64,000 bases of DNA from an uncultured Gemmatimonadales bacterium (lineage in GTDB: Bacteria; Gemmatimonadota; Gemmatimonadetes; Gemmatimonadales; Gemmatimonadaceae): the NCBI GenBank assembly GCA_963701965.1, contig OY969695.1, positions 4,608,001 through 4,672,000 of the forward strand. Reading direction: 5' to 3'. Positions 10,334-19,732 of the stretch are shown one piece after another. The translations under genes were made by a program, and so were the position numbers. How positions within the stretch are numbered: position 1 is the stretch's first letter; each line of letters begins with the position of its first letter. The notes under the pieces were generated by a model that ran no database searches, was not told where the DNA came from, and was given only the letters and a program-made list of their open reading frames with translations.

Positions 10334-11119
10334 TCAGTGAGTGGCGCGCCCGAGCGCGGTCGCACTGCGCGAGTCGGAGGCATGCACGAACACGAAATTG
10401 TTGACGTAACGGGCGTCGGTCGGCCGCTCGATGTATGGCGCCTGATGCTGCGCGTACCGGAATGCGCTGATCGGCTGCAGACCGACGGCGGGGTCGATGA
10501 AGTGCCCAGTATATCCGAGCGCCGCGACGACCGCGAAGGTGCCCGCGATGTCGCTCGCCGAGTGCCGTTGCTCGATCTCGATCATGAGCACGGGCCGTTC
10601 CCTCGCGATGGTGTCGGAGGCGCCCTCCAACACAGTTTGCTCGTGCCCCTCGACGTCGATCTTGAGGAGGCCGATATCGCTCAGCGCGTAGTCGTCGAGC
10701 CGTCGCACGGGGACGGTAACGCAGTCGTGACGCGCTTCGGTCGGCGTGAAGCTGGCAAGTTCGGAGTGTGGACGACCATTCAGGTACGGGACGTACAACG
10801 TGGCCGTGCCGCTCTGCCGCGAGAGGGCGACCTCGTGAACGCGGACGTCGGGCAGCCCCGTGGCCAGCGCGCGCAACGTGCGCGCCGGCTCCGGCAACGG
10901 CTCGAACGCGTCGACGCGCATGGTGCGGCCGAAGGCGTAGGTATACAGTCCGGCATTGGCGCCGACATCGAGCACGCCGGCGCCAGGACGGATCAGACGG
11001 CGCAGGAGCCGCAGTTCGCGGTCCAATCGACCCGTGAGCGCGCGGTACCAGTAGCGGAGTGGCGTCCGATGACGCAGCGGGACCTGGGCGATGAGCCACG
11101 GTTTGACACGCGCGGTCAT
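10334..11119 (-). CDS. FkbM-family SAM methyltransferase
   Basis: LDVGANAG.Y, AFEP, LKIDVEGHE..VLEGA, P.L.IE. Confidence 0.9.
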   Translation of the reverse strand: MTARVKPWLIAQVPLRHRTPLRYWYRALTGRLDRELRLLRRLIRPGAGVLDVGANAGLYTYAFGRTMRVDAFEPLPEPARTLRALATGLPDVRVHEVALSRQSGTATLYVPYLNGRPHSELASFTPTEARHDCVTVPVRRLDDYALSDIGLLKIDVEGHEQTVLEGASDTIARERPVLMIEIEQRHSASDIAGTFAVVAALGYTGHFIDPAVGLQPISAFRYAQHQAPYIERPTDARYVNNFVFVHASDSRSATALGRATH

Positions 11120-12279
11120 ACCTGCAATGCGGACGTCCGGTGCGCCATGGCCCGAGCGACAAGGGGCGACACGTCCGCCGGCCGGAGCGCCGCGAGTTTC
11201 TGCCGTTGCAGGGCGAGCGACAGAAACTCGCCGTCGGGCGCCGCATCCGTCTCGGTCGCGCAGTACGCGCCCGCCTCGACTTGCGATACGTTGAGACTGC
11301 GGATGAACACCACCGGCGTACCAACCGCATTGGCGATGTGCCGTGGCCCGGAGTCGGTCGCCAGCACGGCGTCGCAACGCCGGACGAAGGCGGCGAATCC
11401 AAGCAGGCCAAGGCGTCCCGCCAGGACGCGACAGGACAACGACCGCGGCGCTCGGGCCGCCGCTTGCTGTAGATAGGGTGCGTCGTCGGCGCTTCCGCAC
11501 AATACGACTTGCATCGGGGTGTGGCGCGCCGCCAGAGCCAGCGTCTCAATGAAACGTTCCGCGGGCCACACGGCGGTTTCGCGTTGGCGTACCGTCATGG
11601 TGCACACCACGACCGGCGTTCCATCGTGCAGCTCGAGCTCCCGGCGCGCCGCGACCGCATCCTCCTCGTCGCGAAGGCCCGGGTAGACCTGTGGGTCGAG
11701 CGGCCAATCCTCGTGCTCGCCGGCGACGGCGGCCACGAGCGCGCGTGTGTACGCGGCGTAGGGGCGGGGATAGCGGGCCCGCACGGCATGGGTCACCAAC
11801 CCGGAAAAGCCCTTGTGCACGAAGCCGACACGGGTGGGAATACCCGCGCGCACGGCCAGCCAGAGGTCGGCATGGTAAGCAATGTGGTCCGTGCAGAGGG
11901 CGGCGTCAAGGTCGCGCTCCCGCAAGGCGCGGATCGTGTCAGGATGCCGGCGCCAGCGCCCATCCTCGCGCATGAGCGGAAGCACCTCATCGACGTGCGG
12001 GTTGCTCGTCAGGAGCTCCGCCGTGCGCGGCGCGCACACATAGACAATCCGGCAGGACGGTAGCGCGCGGCGAAGGACCGGTAGCGAAGGGGTCCGAAAG
12101 AGCGTGTCGCCAATATGGCTGGCGCCGAAGATCACCAGGCTTCGCCACTCGGCCGGCGATTGGGCCGACCCGCGGGCACGGAGCCGTGCCACAACCCGAA
12201 GCGCCGGTCTCGCGATCTCGGAGATGTGCGCGAAGACGCGGTTGCGCGTCCGCCACACTGCATTGCGTTCGATTGTCAT
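11116..12279 (-). CDS. Glycosyltransferase family 9 (heptosyltransferase-like)
   Basis: HIGD.L..TP.L..LR, NPHVDEV, WP.E.F, DSGPRHIA.AVGTP. Confidence 0.85.
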   Translation of the reverse strand: MTIERNAVWRTRNRVFAHISEIARPALRVVARLRARGSAQSPAEWRSLVIFGASHIGDTLFRTPSLPVLRRALPSCRIVYVCAPRTAELLTSNPHVDEVLPLMREDGRWRRHPDTIRALRERDLDAALCTDHIAYHADLWLAVRAGIPTRVGFVHKGFSGLVTHAVRARYPRPYAAYTRALVAAVAGEHEDWPLDPQVYPGLRDEEDAVAARRELELHDGTPVVVCTMTVRQRETAVWPAERFIETLALAARHTPMQVVLCGSADDAPYLQQAAARAPRSLSCRVLAGRLGLLGFAAFVRRCDAVLATDSGPRHIANAVGTPVVFIRSLNVSQVEAGAYCATETDAAPDGEFLSLALQRQKLAALRPADVSPLVARAMAHRTSALQV

Positions 12280-12401
12280 GCCCGCGTCGATAGCGCCACG
12301 CAGGCAGAATGTAACCCGCATCATCAATCGCTGCAAGCCGCTGTGCCGCCCGCACTTCCGCCACACTTTCAACCATCTGCCTCCAACAGCTAGCTTACCG
12401 C

Positions 12402-13781
12402 GTGACTTCCATTCGACGGGCAGTGTCGTTTCTGTGGCCGGACGAGGCCGTGTGGTTTTCCTTGATCGGCCGGGGCGTCTCGTTCGTGAGCACGCCGATC
12501 ACGCTGCTCCTGGTCGCTACACGATTTTCCGCCGTCTATCAGGGTTTTTACTACACGTTCACAACGATCACATCGTTCACCGTCCTGCTCGAGCTTGGTC
12601 TCGGGATGGTGTTGACGCAGTTCGCCAGTCACGAGTTCGCGCACTTGCGGTGGACTCCGGAAGGGGCGCTGGATGGCCCGGACTTGCCGCGCAATCACCT
12701 CCTGGGGATTCTGCTCAAAGCGGTGCAATGGTACACGGCCGTCGCCGCGATCGCGGTCCTGGTTTTCCTGCCCGCCGGATACGCCTTCTTCGCTTCGCAG
12801 GCCCACGCGCAACACGTCGTCTACCTGGGACCGTGGGTCGCCCTCGTGGTGCTCACCTCACTGGGCCTCATGGCGGTGCCGCTGGTGTCGACGATCGAAG
12901 GGTGCGGTCGTGTTGCCGACGTCGCTCGGTTGCGTTTGTTACAGTCCGCGGCGGCCAGCATTCTGCTGTGGTGGGGGATCCTGCGCGGGGATGCGCTCTA
13001 CGCGGCGGCGCTCGCCGCGGCGGCCCCCGTCGTTATTCCTGGCCTGTGGCTCGCGGTGGGCTATCGGGGCCTGCTGCGCCAGGCCTGGGGAGCCGTGTCC
13101 AATCGCGTCGATGCGATGATCTCGTGGCGGCGCGAGCTCTTGCCGATGCAATGGCGGATCGCGGTGAGTTGGTTGGGCGGGTTTCTCGTCTTTTCCTTGT
13201 TCAATCCATTGCTGTTCCGTTATCAGGGCGCGGTGGCCGCGGGGCAGATGGGTATGAGCCTGACGTTGGCGAACGCGCCGTTTGCGATTGGCATGTCCTG
13301 GTTGGCGACGCGGGCGCCGTTGTATGGAGCGCTCATCCGGCAGCGCCGCTATGCGACGCTCGACCACATGGCGTCGACCGCGACCGCCCAGGCGGCGATC
13401 GTCTGGGCTTTGGGTTCCGGCGCGCTACTCGTCGCCGTGACTGTCGCCAGGTCGGTCGCGCCGGCGCTTGCCGCGCGCGTCCTCCCGGTATCGGCGGTCG
13501 CCGCGCTCTGTGTGGCGAGCCTCGTGAACGTTCTCATGCAATCAATGGCGGGGTACCTCCGGGCACACAAAGAGGAGCCATACGCCGCCTTGTCAGTCGG
13601 CACGGGCGTGCTCGTGGCGCTGACCCTCTGGACGGCGGCCCGTTTCGGATCTCCGTCGAGCATGGCCTTCGTGTATGCCGGGATCGTCTTGATGATCGAG
13701 CTGCCGATTGCCACCATCATCTTCGTTCGCAAGCGTCGCGAGTGGCATCGCGCGCCGGACTCAACGCTCGTGCCGGCCTGA
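12402..13781 (+). CDS. Polysaccharide flippase (Wzx-like), multi-pass membrane protein
   Basis: About 12 hydrophobic segments, QGFYYTF..I, LELGLG..L.QF.SHE, polysaccharide locus context. Confidence 0.75.
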   Translation: MTSIRRAVSFLWPDEAVWFSLIGRGVSFVSTPITLLLVATRFSAVYQGFYYTFTTITSFTVLLELGLGMVLTQFASHEFAHLRWTPEGALDGPDLPRNHLLGILLKAVQWYTAVAAIAVLVFLPAGYAFFASQAHAQHVVYLGPWVALVVLTSLGLMAVPLVSTIEGCGRVADVARLRLLQSAAASILLWWGILRGDALYAAALAAAAPVVIPGLWLAVGYRGLLRQAWGAVSNRVDAMISWRRELLPMQWRIAVSWLGGFLVFSLFNPLLFRYQGAVAAGQMGMSLTLANAPFAIGMSWLATRAPLYGALIRQRRYATLDHMASTATAQAAIVWALGSGALLVAVTVARSVAPALAARVLPVSAVAALCVASLVNVLMQSMAGYLRAHKEEPYAALSVGTGVLVALTLWTAARFGSPSSMAFVYAGIVLMIELPIATIIFVRKRREWHRAPDSTLVPA

Positions 13782-14954
13782 CGCGGGCGCCGGCCGGTCG
13801 CGGGCGAGGGTCGCGCACGCGGCGAGAATGAGATCGGCGGTCTTCCCCCAGGTGAACGCATCCGCGCGCGCGAGGCCGAGGCGGCTCATAGTGCTGCGCA
13901 GGTTGGCATCGGCCGTCACGCGCTCCAAGGTGTCGCGCAGCGCCTGGACGTCTCGCGGGTCGGCGTAGAGGGCGGCGTCCCCCGCCACCTCGGGGATCGA
14001 GGAGAGCGGCGACGTCACGACGGGCGTGCCGCAACGCATGGCCTCGAGGACGGGTAACCCGAAGCCCTCGTACAACGTGGGAAAGACGAAGGCGACGGCC
14101 CCCGCGTAGAGCCATGGGAGGTCGGTTATCGCGACCTGCCCCAACCACCGCACGCCGTCGGTGTGGGCGCCCGGGCGACCGGCCTGGCCGACAATGACCA
14201 AATCCGGCGTGTCCTTCCCCGGAAGGGCAGCGTGGGCCGCCAAGGCGGCGTCGAGGTTCTTGCGCGGGTCGTGGGCGCCGACGAACAAGATGTATGGCCG
14301 GCTGATGCCGAATCGTTCCGCGACCCACGCGGCGGCCATCGGCGCTGGTCGTGGATGAAAGAGGGTCGCATCGACCGCCAGCGGTGCGACGGTGATCCGC
14401 GTCTCGTCGAATCCGGCGAGCGAGACGGCATCGCGCTTGGTTGCCTCCGAGATCGCGATCCACCAATCCGCCCGCCGCAGGCGGCGCAGCCGCTGGCGAT
14501 ACTGCCACGCGGGAGCGCCGGCCCGACGACGCGTCAAGTACAGCTCCGGGAACACGAGCGGGGCGACGTCATAGAGGACGCCTACCGTCCGGAAGCCCCG
14601 CGCAATGGGAACCGCGTGCGGATCGGTCGCCAGGAAGATGCGCGCGTTGGTCCGGGAGGCTTCCCATGGCAAGAACAGGCTCGCGTCGACCATCTGCCAC
14701 CAGTTCGCGATGCGCGCCGGAACGCCCTTGTTCGCTCCGGCGAGCGCCGCCGACAGCCCCCGCTGGCGCCACGGCAGATCGATCGGCAAACGGTGGCGCG
14801 CGATGTACGTCGCCGTCACCCCGTGCTCAGCGAGGCGGCTTGGCGTGCACGCCCTCAGGAGCTCGCGGGCTACCGTTCCGATCCCGCGTGAACGGTGCAG
14901 ATTTTCTGACGGACCCGCATCGATGCAGAGCTGCACGCCAGAAGCTATCGTCAT
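13761..14954 (-). CDS. Glycosyltransferase, GT4 family (start may extend to 15008)
   Basis: RGIG, AISE.TK.D, RKNL, FPTLYEGFGLPVLEAM.CG.PV, SSIPEVAGDAA. Confidence 0.9.
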   Translation of the reverse strand: MTIASGVQLCIDAGPSENLHRSRGIGTVARELLRACTPSRLAEHGVTATYIARHRLPIDLPWRQRGLSAALAGANKGVPARIANWWQMVDASLFLPWEASRTNARIFLATDPHAVPIARGFRTVGVLYDVAPLVFPELYLTRRRAGAPAWQYRQRLRRLRRADWWIAISEATKRDAVSLAGFDETRITVAPLAVDATLFHPRPAPMAAAWVAERFGISRPYILFVGAHDPRKNLDAALAAHAALPGKDTPDLVIVGQAGRPGAHTDGVRWLGQVAITDLPWLYAGAVAFVFPTLYEGFGLPVLEAMRCGTPVVTSPLSSIPEVAGDAALYADPRDVQALRDTLERVTADANLRSTMSRLGLARADAFTWGKTADLILAACATLARDRPAPASGRHER

Positions 14955-15024
14955 GGCATCCGGCGGCAAGACGCGGGCGTGGGCGCCGGTTGTGCCCCTG
15001 GTGGCCACTGATTAGCCTCCAAAC

Positions 15025-16146
15025 GTGTCTCGTGAGCATATCATAGCGGCGACAGCAGCGCTGACCATCGGCCTGGCCATCTCGCCGGCGGCAACGCTCG
15101 AGGCGCAGTGCGCTGCCCCGGGCACCCCGGCGCTTCCCGTGCCGCCCGGATTGGGTGCCGAGCCTCCGCGCGTGCGCGGTTTCATGTCAGGCTTCATCGA
15201 CTCGACAACGTTTCGGGACATGCGCCAGTGGGGCGCGAACGTCGTCCGGCTCCAGATCCATCCCGTGGCGGATGCCAAGCGCTTCCAGAAGCCCCTGTGG
15301 GACGCGTGGTCGATGACACTCGACACGACGGTAGCGCACGTGCGTGACGCCGTCGCGGCCGGGCTGTGGGTCGTCGTGGACCTGCACGAGGCCCCCATCG
15401 CGGATGTCGCGCAGGACCACAGCGCGTTCTGGTCGCGCGGTGATCTCGCGAGCAACTTCTGTCGCGCGTGGACCGACCTCGTACGCCGCCTCGAGCCGTA
15501 TCGCGCGCATATCTGGGGCTATGATCTGTACAATGAACCGCTCGATCGGGATGAGCTGCCGGGGACGCCGCGCCAATGGTCGCCATTGGCCGAGCAGATC
15601 GCGCACACGATTCGCACCATGGACGCGGTCACGTGGCTGGTCGTGGAGAGCGGCCCCGGCTACGGATTCGGCGGGTTCAAGACCATGACGCCCATCACCG
15701 ACCGACGCACGGTGTACGAGGCGCACATCTACGATCCGCTGCACTTTGTCCAACAGGGGTTGCCCGGCAATGCGCCGGCGGGATCGGTACACTATCCCGG
15801 CGTCGTCGACGGGACGCTCTGGAATGCCGCGCGGATCGAGCAAAGCGTCGCACCCGGCGTCGCGTTTCAAGCCCGCTACCACGTGCCGATCTTCATTGGT
15901 GAGTTCAGCGTGGTCCGGTGGGCGCCGCACGACGATGCCTTGCGATGGCTCACCGATGTCCTGGACATCATGGAACGGCATCAGTGGTCGTGGGCCTACC
16001 ACGCCTTTCGCGAGTGTGATTGCTGGAACCTCGAGGACGATGACAATCCCAAGCGTCCCGGCGATCCCCCGCCAAAGTCCGCGGCCCAGGAGACCGACCG
16101 GGCGCGCGTGATCAAAGCGGCCCTGGCGAAGAACGGCCCCGCGTAG
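15025..16146 (+). CDS. Secreted glycoside hydrolase family 5 (cellulase-like)
   Basis: Signal-peptide-like N terminus, WGAN.VRL, VDLH, acid/base NEP, H.YDP..F, nucleophile IFIGEF, W.YH. Confidence 0.85.
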   Translation: MSREHIIAATAALTIGLAISPAATLEAQCAAPGTPALPVPPGLGAEPPRVRGFMSGFIDSTTFRDMRQWGANVVRLQIHPVADAKRFQKPLWDAWSMTLDTTVAHVRDAVAAGLWVVVDLHEAPIADVAQDHSAFWSRGDLASNFCRAWTDLVRRLEPYRAHIWGYDLYNEPLDRDELPGTPRQWSPLAEQIAHTIRTMDAVTWLVVESGPGYGFGGFKTMTPITDRRTVYEAHIYDPLHFVQQGLPGNAPAGSVHYPGVVDGTLWNAARIEQSVAPGVAFQARYHVPIFIGEFSVVRWAPHDDALRWLTDVLDIMERHQWSWAYHAFRECDCWNLEDDDNPKRPGDPPPKSAAQETDRARVIKAALAKNGPA

Positions 16147-17245
16147 TCGCATCGGCGCGCGCATAGACGGCGGCGGTCCGCGCCGCCGCCTCTCGCGCCG
16201 AAAAGCCGGACGCGCGGATGCGTCCGGCGGCGATCAGGGTCGCGCGCTGCTCGGGCTTCGTGATGACGGACCGGAGGCTGTCCACCGCGGCGCGTCGATC
16301 GTCCGGGTCGATCACGATCGCGGCGTCTCCGACCACTTCCGGGAGGGACGTGCGATTGGAGCAGATGACCGGCGTGCCGATGGCCATGGCCTCGAGCGGC
16401 GGATACCCGAATCCCTCGGCGATCGAAAGGAAGGCGAGCGCTTGCGCGTGACGGTAGATGGCCTGGAGCATGATGGTCGACACGCCGCGGAGTCGCACTA
16501 CGAGCTCGGCCAACCCCTCGGCGCGGAGTGCGCGTTCGATCTCCGGTGTGCCGAAGTCGTCGGCGCCGACCCACACCAGCCCGTCGGTCAGACCTTCGGC
16601 CACGAGCCGTGAGACAACACGCGCCGTCTCCACGAGGTGCTTGCGCGGTTCGAGGCGGCCGACACCCAGGACGTAGCGCTCGGGTAGCCGCGCGCGGCAC
16701 GCGCTCCACTCCTTGCCAAGTGCGGTCTCATCAGGGCGCGACCAACTGGCATCGATCGGTGGATAGATCACCGTGATGCGACCGGCGTCCACGCGAAAGT
16801 GCCGGGCGATCCGCGCCTTCGAATACTCGGAGTCCGTGATCACCTGACGCGCCACCGCCACCGACATCCCGCACAAGACGCGCATCTGTAAACGTCGCCG
16901 GAGTGGCGCCAACGCGGGGAAATCGAGAAACAGCACATCGTGGCAGGTCACCACCAACCCGGGAGCGCCTACGGGCGGACCGAAGTAGTTGACGTGGAAA
17001 ACCTGGCATCCGTCGCGCCGCGCCAACCAGGGATAGACGAAAGGAATGCGGATGTGCGGCGGATGCACCGGGATGCGGCGGTGCTCGAAATGGGCTTGCG
17101 GAAGCTCGGCCCGCGTCGCCTCCGGGTCGAAGCTGTACAGGACGTAGGTGTGACAGGACGGCAACGCCGGGAGCAGGTTGCGCCAAACGGTCGCCGTGCC
17201 CTGGGCGAACCCGGTCAACACGTGGGCGTCAATGCCGACTCGCAT
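16112..17245 (-). CDS. Glycosyltransferase, GT4 family
   Basis: MRVGIDA, T.HD, SEYS...[24 protein letters not shown]. Confidence 0.9.
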   Translation of the reverse strand: MRVGIDAHVLTGFAQGTATVWRNLLPALPSCHTYVLYSFDPEATRAELPQAHFEHRRIPVHPPHIRIPFVYPWLARRDGCQVFHVNYFGPPVGAPGLVVTCHDVLFLDFPALAPLRRRLQMRVLCGMSVAVARQVITDSEYSKARIARHFRVDAGRITVIYPPIDASWSRPDETALGKEWSACRARLPERYVLGVGRLEPRKHLVETARVVSRLVAEGLTDGLVWVGADDFGTPEIERALRAEGLAELVVRLRGVSTIMLQAIYRHAQALAFLSIAEGFGYPPLEAMAIGTPVICSNRTSLPEVVGDAAIVIDPDDRRAAVDSLRSVITKPEQRATLIAAGRIRASGFSAREAAARTAAVYARADATTRGRSSPGPL

Positions 17246-17340
17246 GGAGCGGCAATTTCACTGCTCAGCGCGTCTCCGCGCTACCCCTGGCACGCGCCGA
17301 GCACCCCGGGCATAATCCCACGATCCTTGGCTCGGTGTCG

Positions 17341-18783
17341 ATGGACGGACTCTGGATCCCAATCCTCGTTTTCCCGATCGTCGTCGTCGCGGTCGCTCTC
17401 GGCCTGACACTGCGCCGTGAGCTCGTGCTCGCGTTGCCGTTCCTGGCGGCGATCAATGGGACTCCGTTGGTCGTAGGCGGGCACCCGTTTCGATTCGATC
17501 AGTTGGCGGCCGCGTGCCTCGTCGCTGGCCTTGTCCCGGCGATGGTCGCCCGGCGGCGGCGTCTCGCGATGGACGCCGCGACCTGGTTGCTGCTGCTGTT
17601 CGCCGCGCTGAATGTTCTGTCGACGACGCTCTTTTCGCCAGCGAAAGGGTACAGCTTCACGCAGATCCTCAGTCTCGGCACCGTGTGGTCGCTGTACGTG
17701 GTGCTCCTCAACTGCCTCACGCACCATGAGGATCTGAACGGATTCATCGACGCGATGTTGATCGCGGGCGTGCTCGAATCAATGTGCGGTGTCCTCGCGT
17801 TCCTGCTCGGTCTCGCCGACATTCCCGTCGGGGGAGCGAACGTCGGTAGTGCCGCGGACATGTCGCTGGCGTTCGGCGCTTACGGCACCCTCATCGAGCC
17901 GAACATCTTCGGCAGTTACTGCCAAGCCTACTTCGTGTTGGGCGTCGGCCTGCTCTGGGTGGCCCCAGGGTCGTTGACGCGGCGTCGGCGTCTCATTGTT
18001 TCCATCTTGGTCGTGACATCGGCACTGGGGCTTCTCGCGAGCTTCACCCGCGGGGCGTGGCTGGGAACGGTGTGCGGTTTGTCCGCGCTTGCCATCCTCG
18101 GCGCACGCATCAGCTCGCGGCGGATCCCGGTGGGACGCATCGTGGTGACCGCCATCTTGATTGGCGGGGTGCTCGCGGGCGCGGCCTACCTTCCGGGACA
18201 GGTCGGCGAGTTCATTCGGTACAAGCTCGCGAACCTGACGAGCGCGCAATCCCAGACTGCGCAGTCGCGGCTCGTGACCTTCGGGTACGCGGTGCTCCAA
18301 TGGCGCGACCATCCCTGGATCGGCTGTGGCACCTACACGTTCGCGCCGCTCGCGGTCGGCGTCAATGCGAACTTCAGGGAGCTCGGGGGAAGGGGACTCT
18401 GGATCAGCAACTTCGCGTTGCTCGTGCTGCACGACACCGGGGTGGTCGGACTCGTCCTGTTCCTGACGTTGCTCGGCGCGGTCGTCGTGACGGGTGTCCG
18501 ATCAGCCCGGCGCCTCTGGGCCCCGGCACGGGAAGACGCCGCGATCCTGGTATCATTGACGGCAACCGTGATCGGACTGGTCGTGGCGTTCCTGTTCACC
18601 ACGGCGTTCAGCGTCGGCTATCCGTGGCTCTTCGTCGGACTGATCGGCGCCTACGCGCAGTACGCGCGACGAGTCAGTCCGCCGCCAGCGTTCGCGGGCG
18701 CTCCTGCCGCCCGGAGACGTCGGAGAATTCGACCGCCTCCGGCCGGCGAAGCGCCGGCTCCGTCGCCAACGCCCATAGGATGA
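17341..18783 (+). CDS. O-antigen polymerase/ligase-like (Wzy/WaaL family) membrane protein
   Basis: About 11 TM segments, GT..EPN.FG, SFTRGAW, R......W.DHPW.G.G periplasmic loop. Confidence 0.78.
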   Translation: MDGLWIPILVFPIVVVAVALGLTLRRELVLALPFLAAINGTPLVVGGHPFRFDQLAAACLVAGLVPAMVARRRRLAMDAATWLLLLFAALNVLSTTLFSPAKGYSFTQILSLGTVWSLYVVLLNCLTHHEDLNGFIDAMLIAGVLESMCGVLAFLLGLADIPVGGANVGSAADMSLAFGAYGTLIEPNIFGSYCQAYFVLGVGLLWVAPGSLTRRRRLIVSILVVTSALGLLASFTRGAWLGTVCGLSALAILGARISSRRIPVGRIVVTAILIGGVLAGAAYLPGQVGEFIRYKLANLTSAQSQTAQSRLVTFGYAVLQWRDHPWIGCGTYTFAPLAVGVNANFRELGGRGLWISNFALLVLHDTGVVGLVLFLTLLGAVVVTGVRSARRLWAPAREDAAILVSLTATVIGLVVAFLFTTAFSVGYPWLFVGLIGAYAQYARRVSPPPAFAGAPAARRRRRIRPPPAGEAPAPSPTPIG

Positions 18784-19732
18784 CCGCGACGAGCGCGCCA
18801 ATGGCGGCGAGCACCATCTTGACGGGAATCTGTTTCTGCACCGGCTCGACGAGGCCGTCTGGACTATCGATCACCGAAATGAGCGGGGTGTTGCGCACCG
18901 CATCGACCCGCGCCTGCTCGTACTGCTGGACCATCGTGAGATAAACCTGCGACGCGATCTCAATGCGGCGGGTGAGTCCCATGCGCTCGGTCTGCAATCG
19001 CGGCGACGAAAACAGGGACCGGTTCCGTTCGTCGAACGCGGTCAACGTCTGCTCGGCGCGGTCCAGATCGGCCAAGGCTTCCTGGGACCGCCGTTCGGCA
19101 AAGGCGCGCTCGGCGCCCGCCTGCGATTGGCGGCGCTGCAGATTGAAGTCGTTGACCAACGACAGCATGCGTTTAGCAATGTTCTGCGAAAGGCCGGCAT
19201 CGGTGGTCGAGATCGTCACGGAGACGATCGCGGCCTTGGGATCGACGGCAATCCGCATGATCCGCTTCCGAAACCGCTTGATCGCTTCGATCTCGGATTC
19301 GGTGCGTGTCGGCTTGTGAAGCTTGAAGTAGACGACGAGATCGCCGGAAAATCCATCCGGTGGCGTCGCGGGGTATTGGGTGACGACGACTGAATGCAGC
19401 AGTTCTTTGGAGTCGAGCAGCGCCGCGTAGAAGTCGGGACCGGTCGCGCCGGAAAGCGAGCCCGCAAGGCCCCCGACCCCGCTGATACCGAGCTGCGACG
19501 CGATCCCCGTAATCGAGCCCACCTTCCCGGCGGAACCGCTCTGCGGATCCTGCGAAATGAAGCTCGCCTCGGCCATATACTGCTGCGGCAGCAACCACAG
19601 TCCGGCCCCGACGGCGAGCGCAAATATCAGCGGAATCAGGACCAGGACGCGCCGTCTCCGCTTCAGCACCGCCAGGTATGGCGCCAGCGATTCGCTGGCG
19701 CCATCACCCAGGGGCGCGCCCGGATCGATCAT
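18674..19732 (-). CDS. Polysaccharide co-polymerase / chain-length determinant (Wzz-like, no kinase domain)
   Basis: Two TM helices flanking a coiled-coil periplasmic region, GNVR-like YEQAR...VID.P end. Confidence 0.8.
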   Translation of the reverse strand: MIDPGAPLGDGASESLAPYLAVLKRRRRVLVLIPLIFALAVGAGLWLLPQQYMAEASFISQDPQSGSAGKVGSITGIASQLGISGVGGLAGSLSGATGPDFYAALLDSKELLHSVVVTQYPATPPDGFSGDLVVYFKLHKPTRTESEIEAIKRFRKRIMRIAVDPKAAIVSVTISTTDAGLSQNIAKRMLSLVNDFNLQRRQSQAGAERAFAERRSQEALADLDRAEQTLTAFDERNRSLFSSPRLQTERMGLTRRIEIASQVYLTMVQQYEQARVDAVRNTPLISVIDSPDGLVEPVQKQIPVKMVLAAIGALVAVILWALATEPALRRPEAVEFSDVSGRQERPRTLAAD

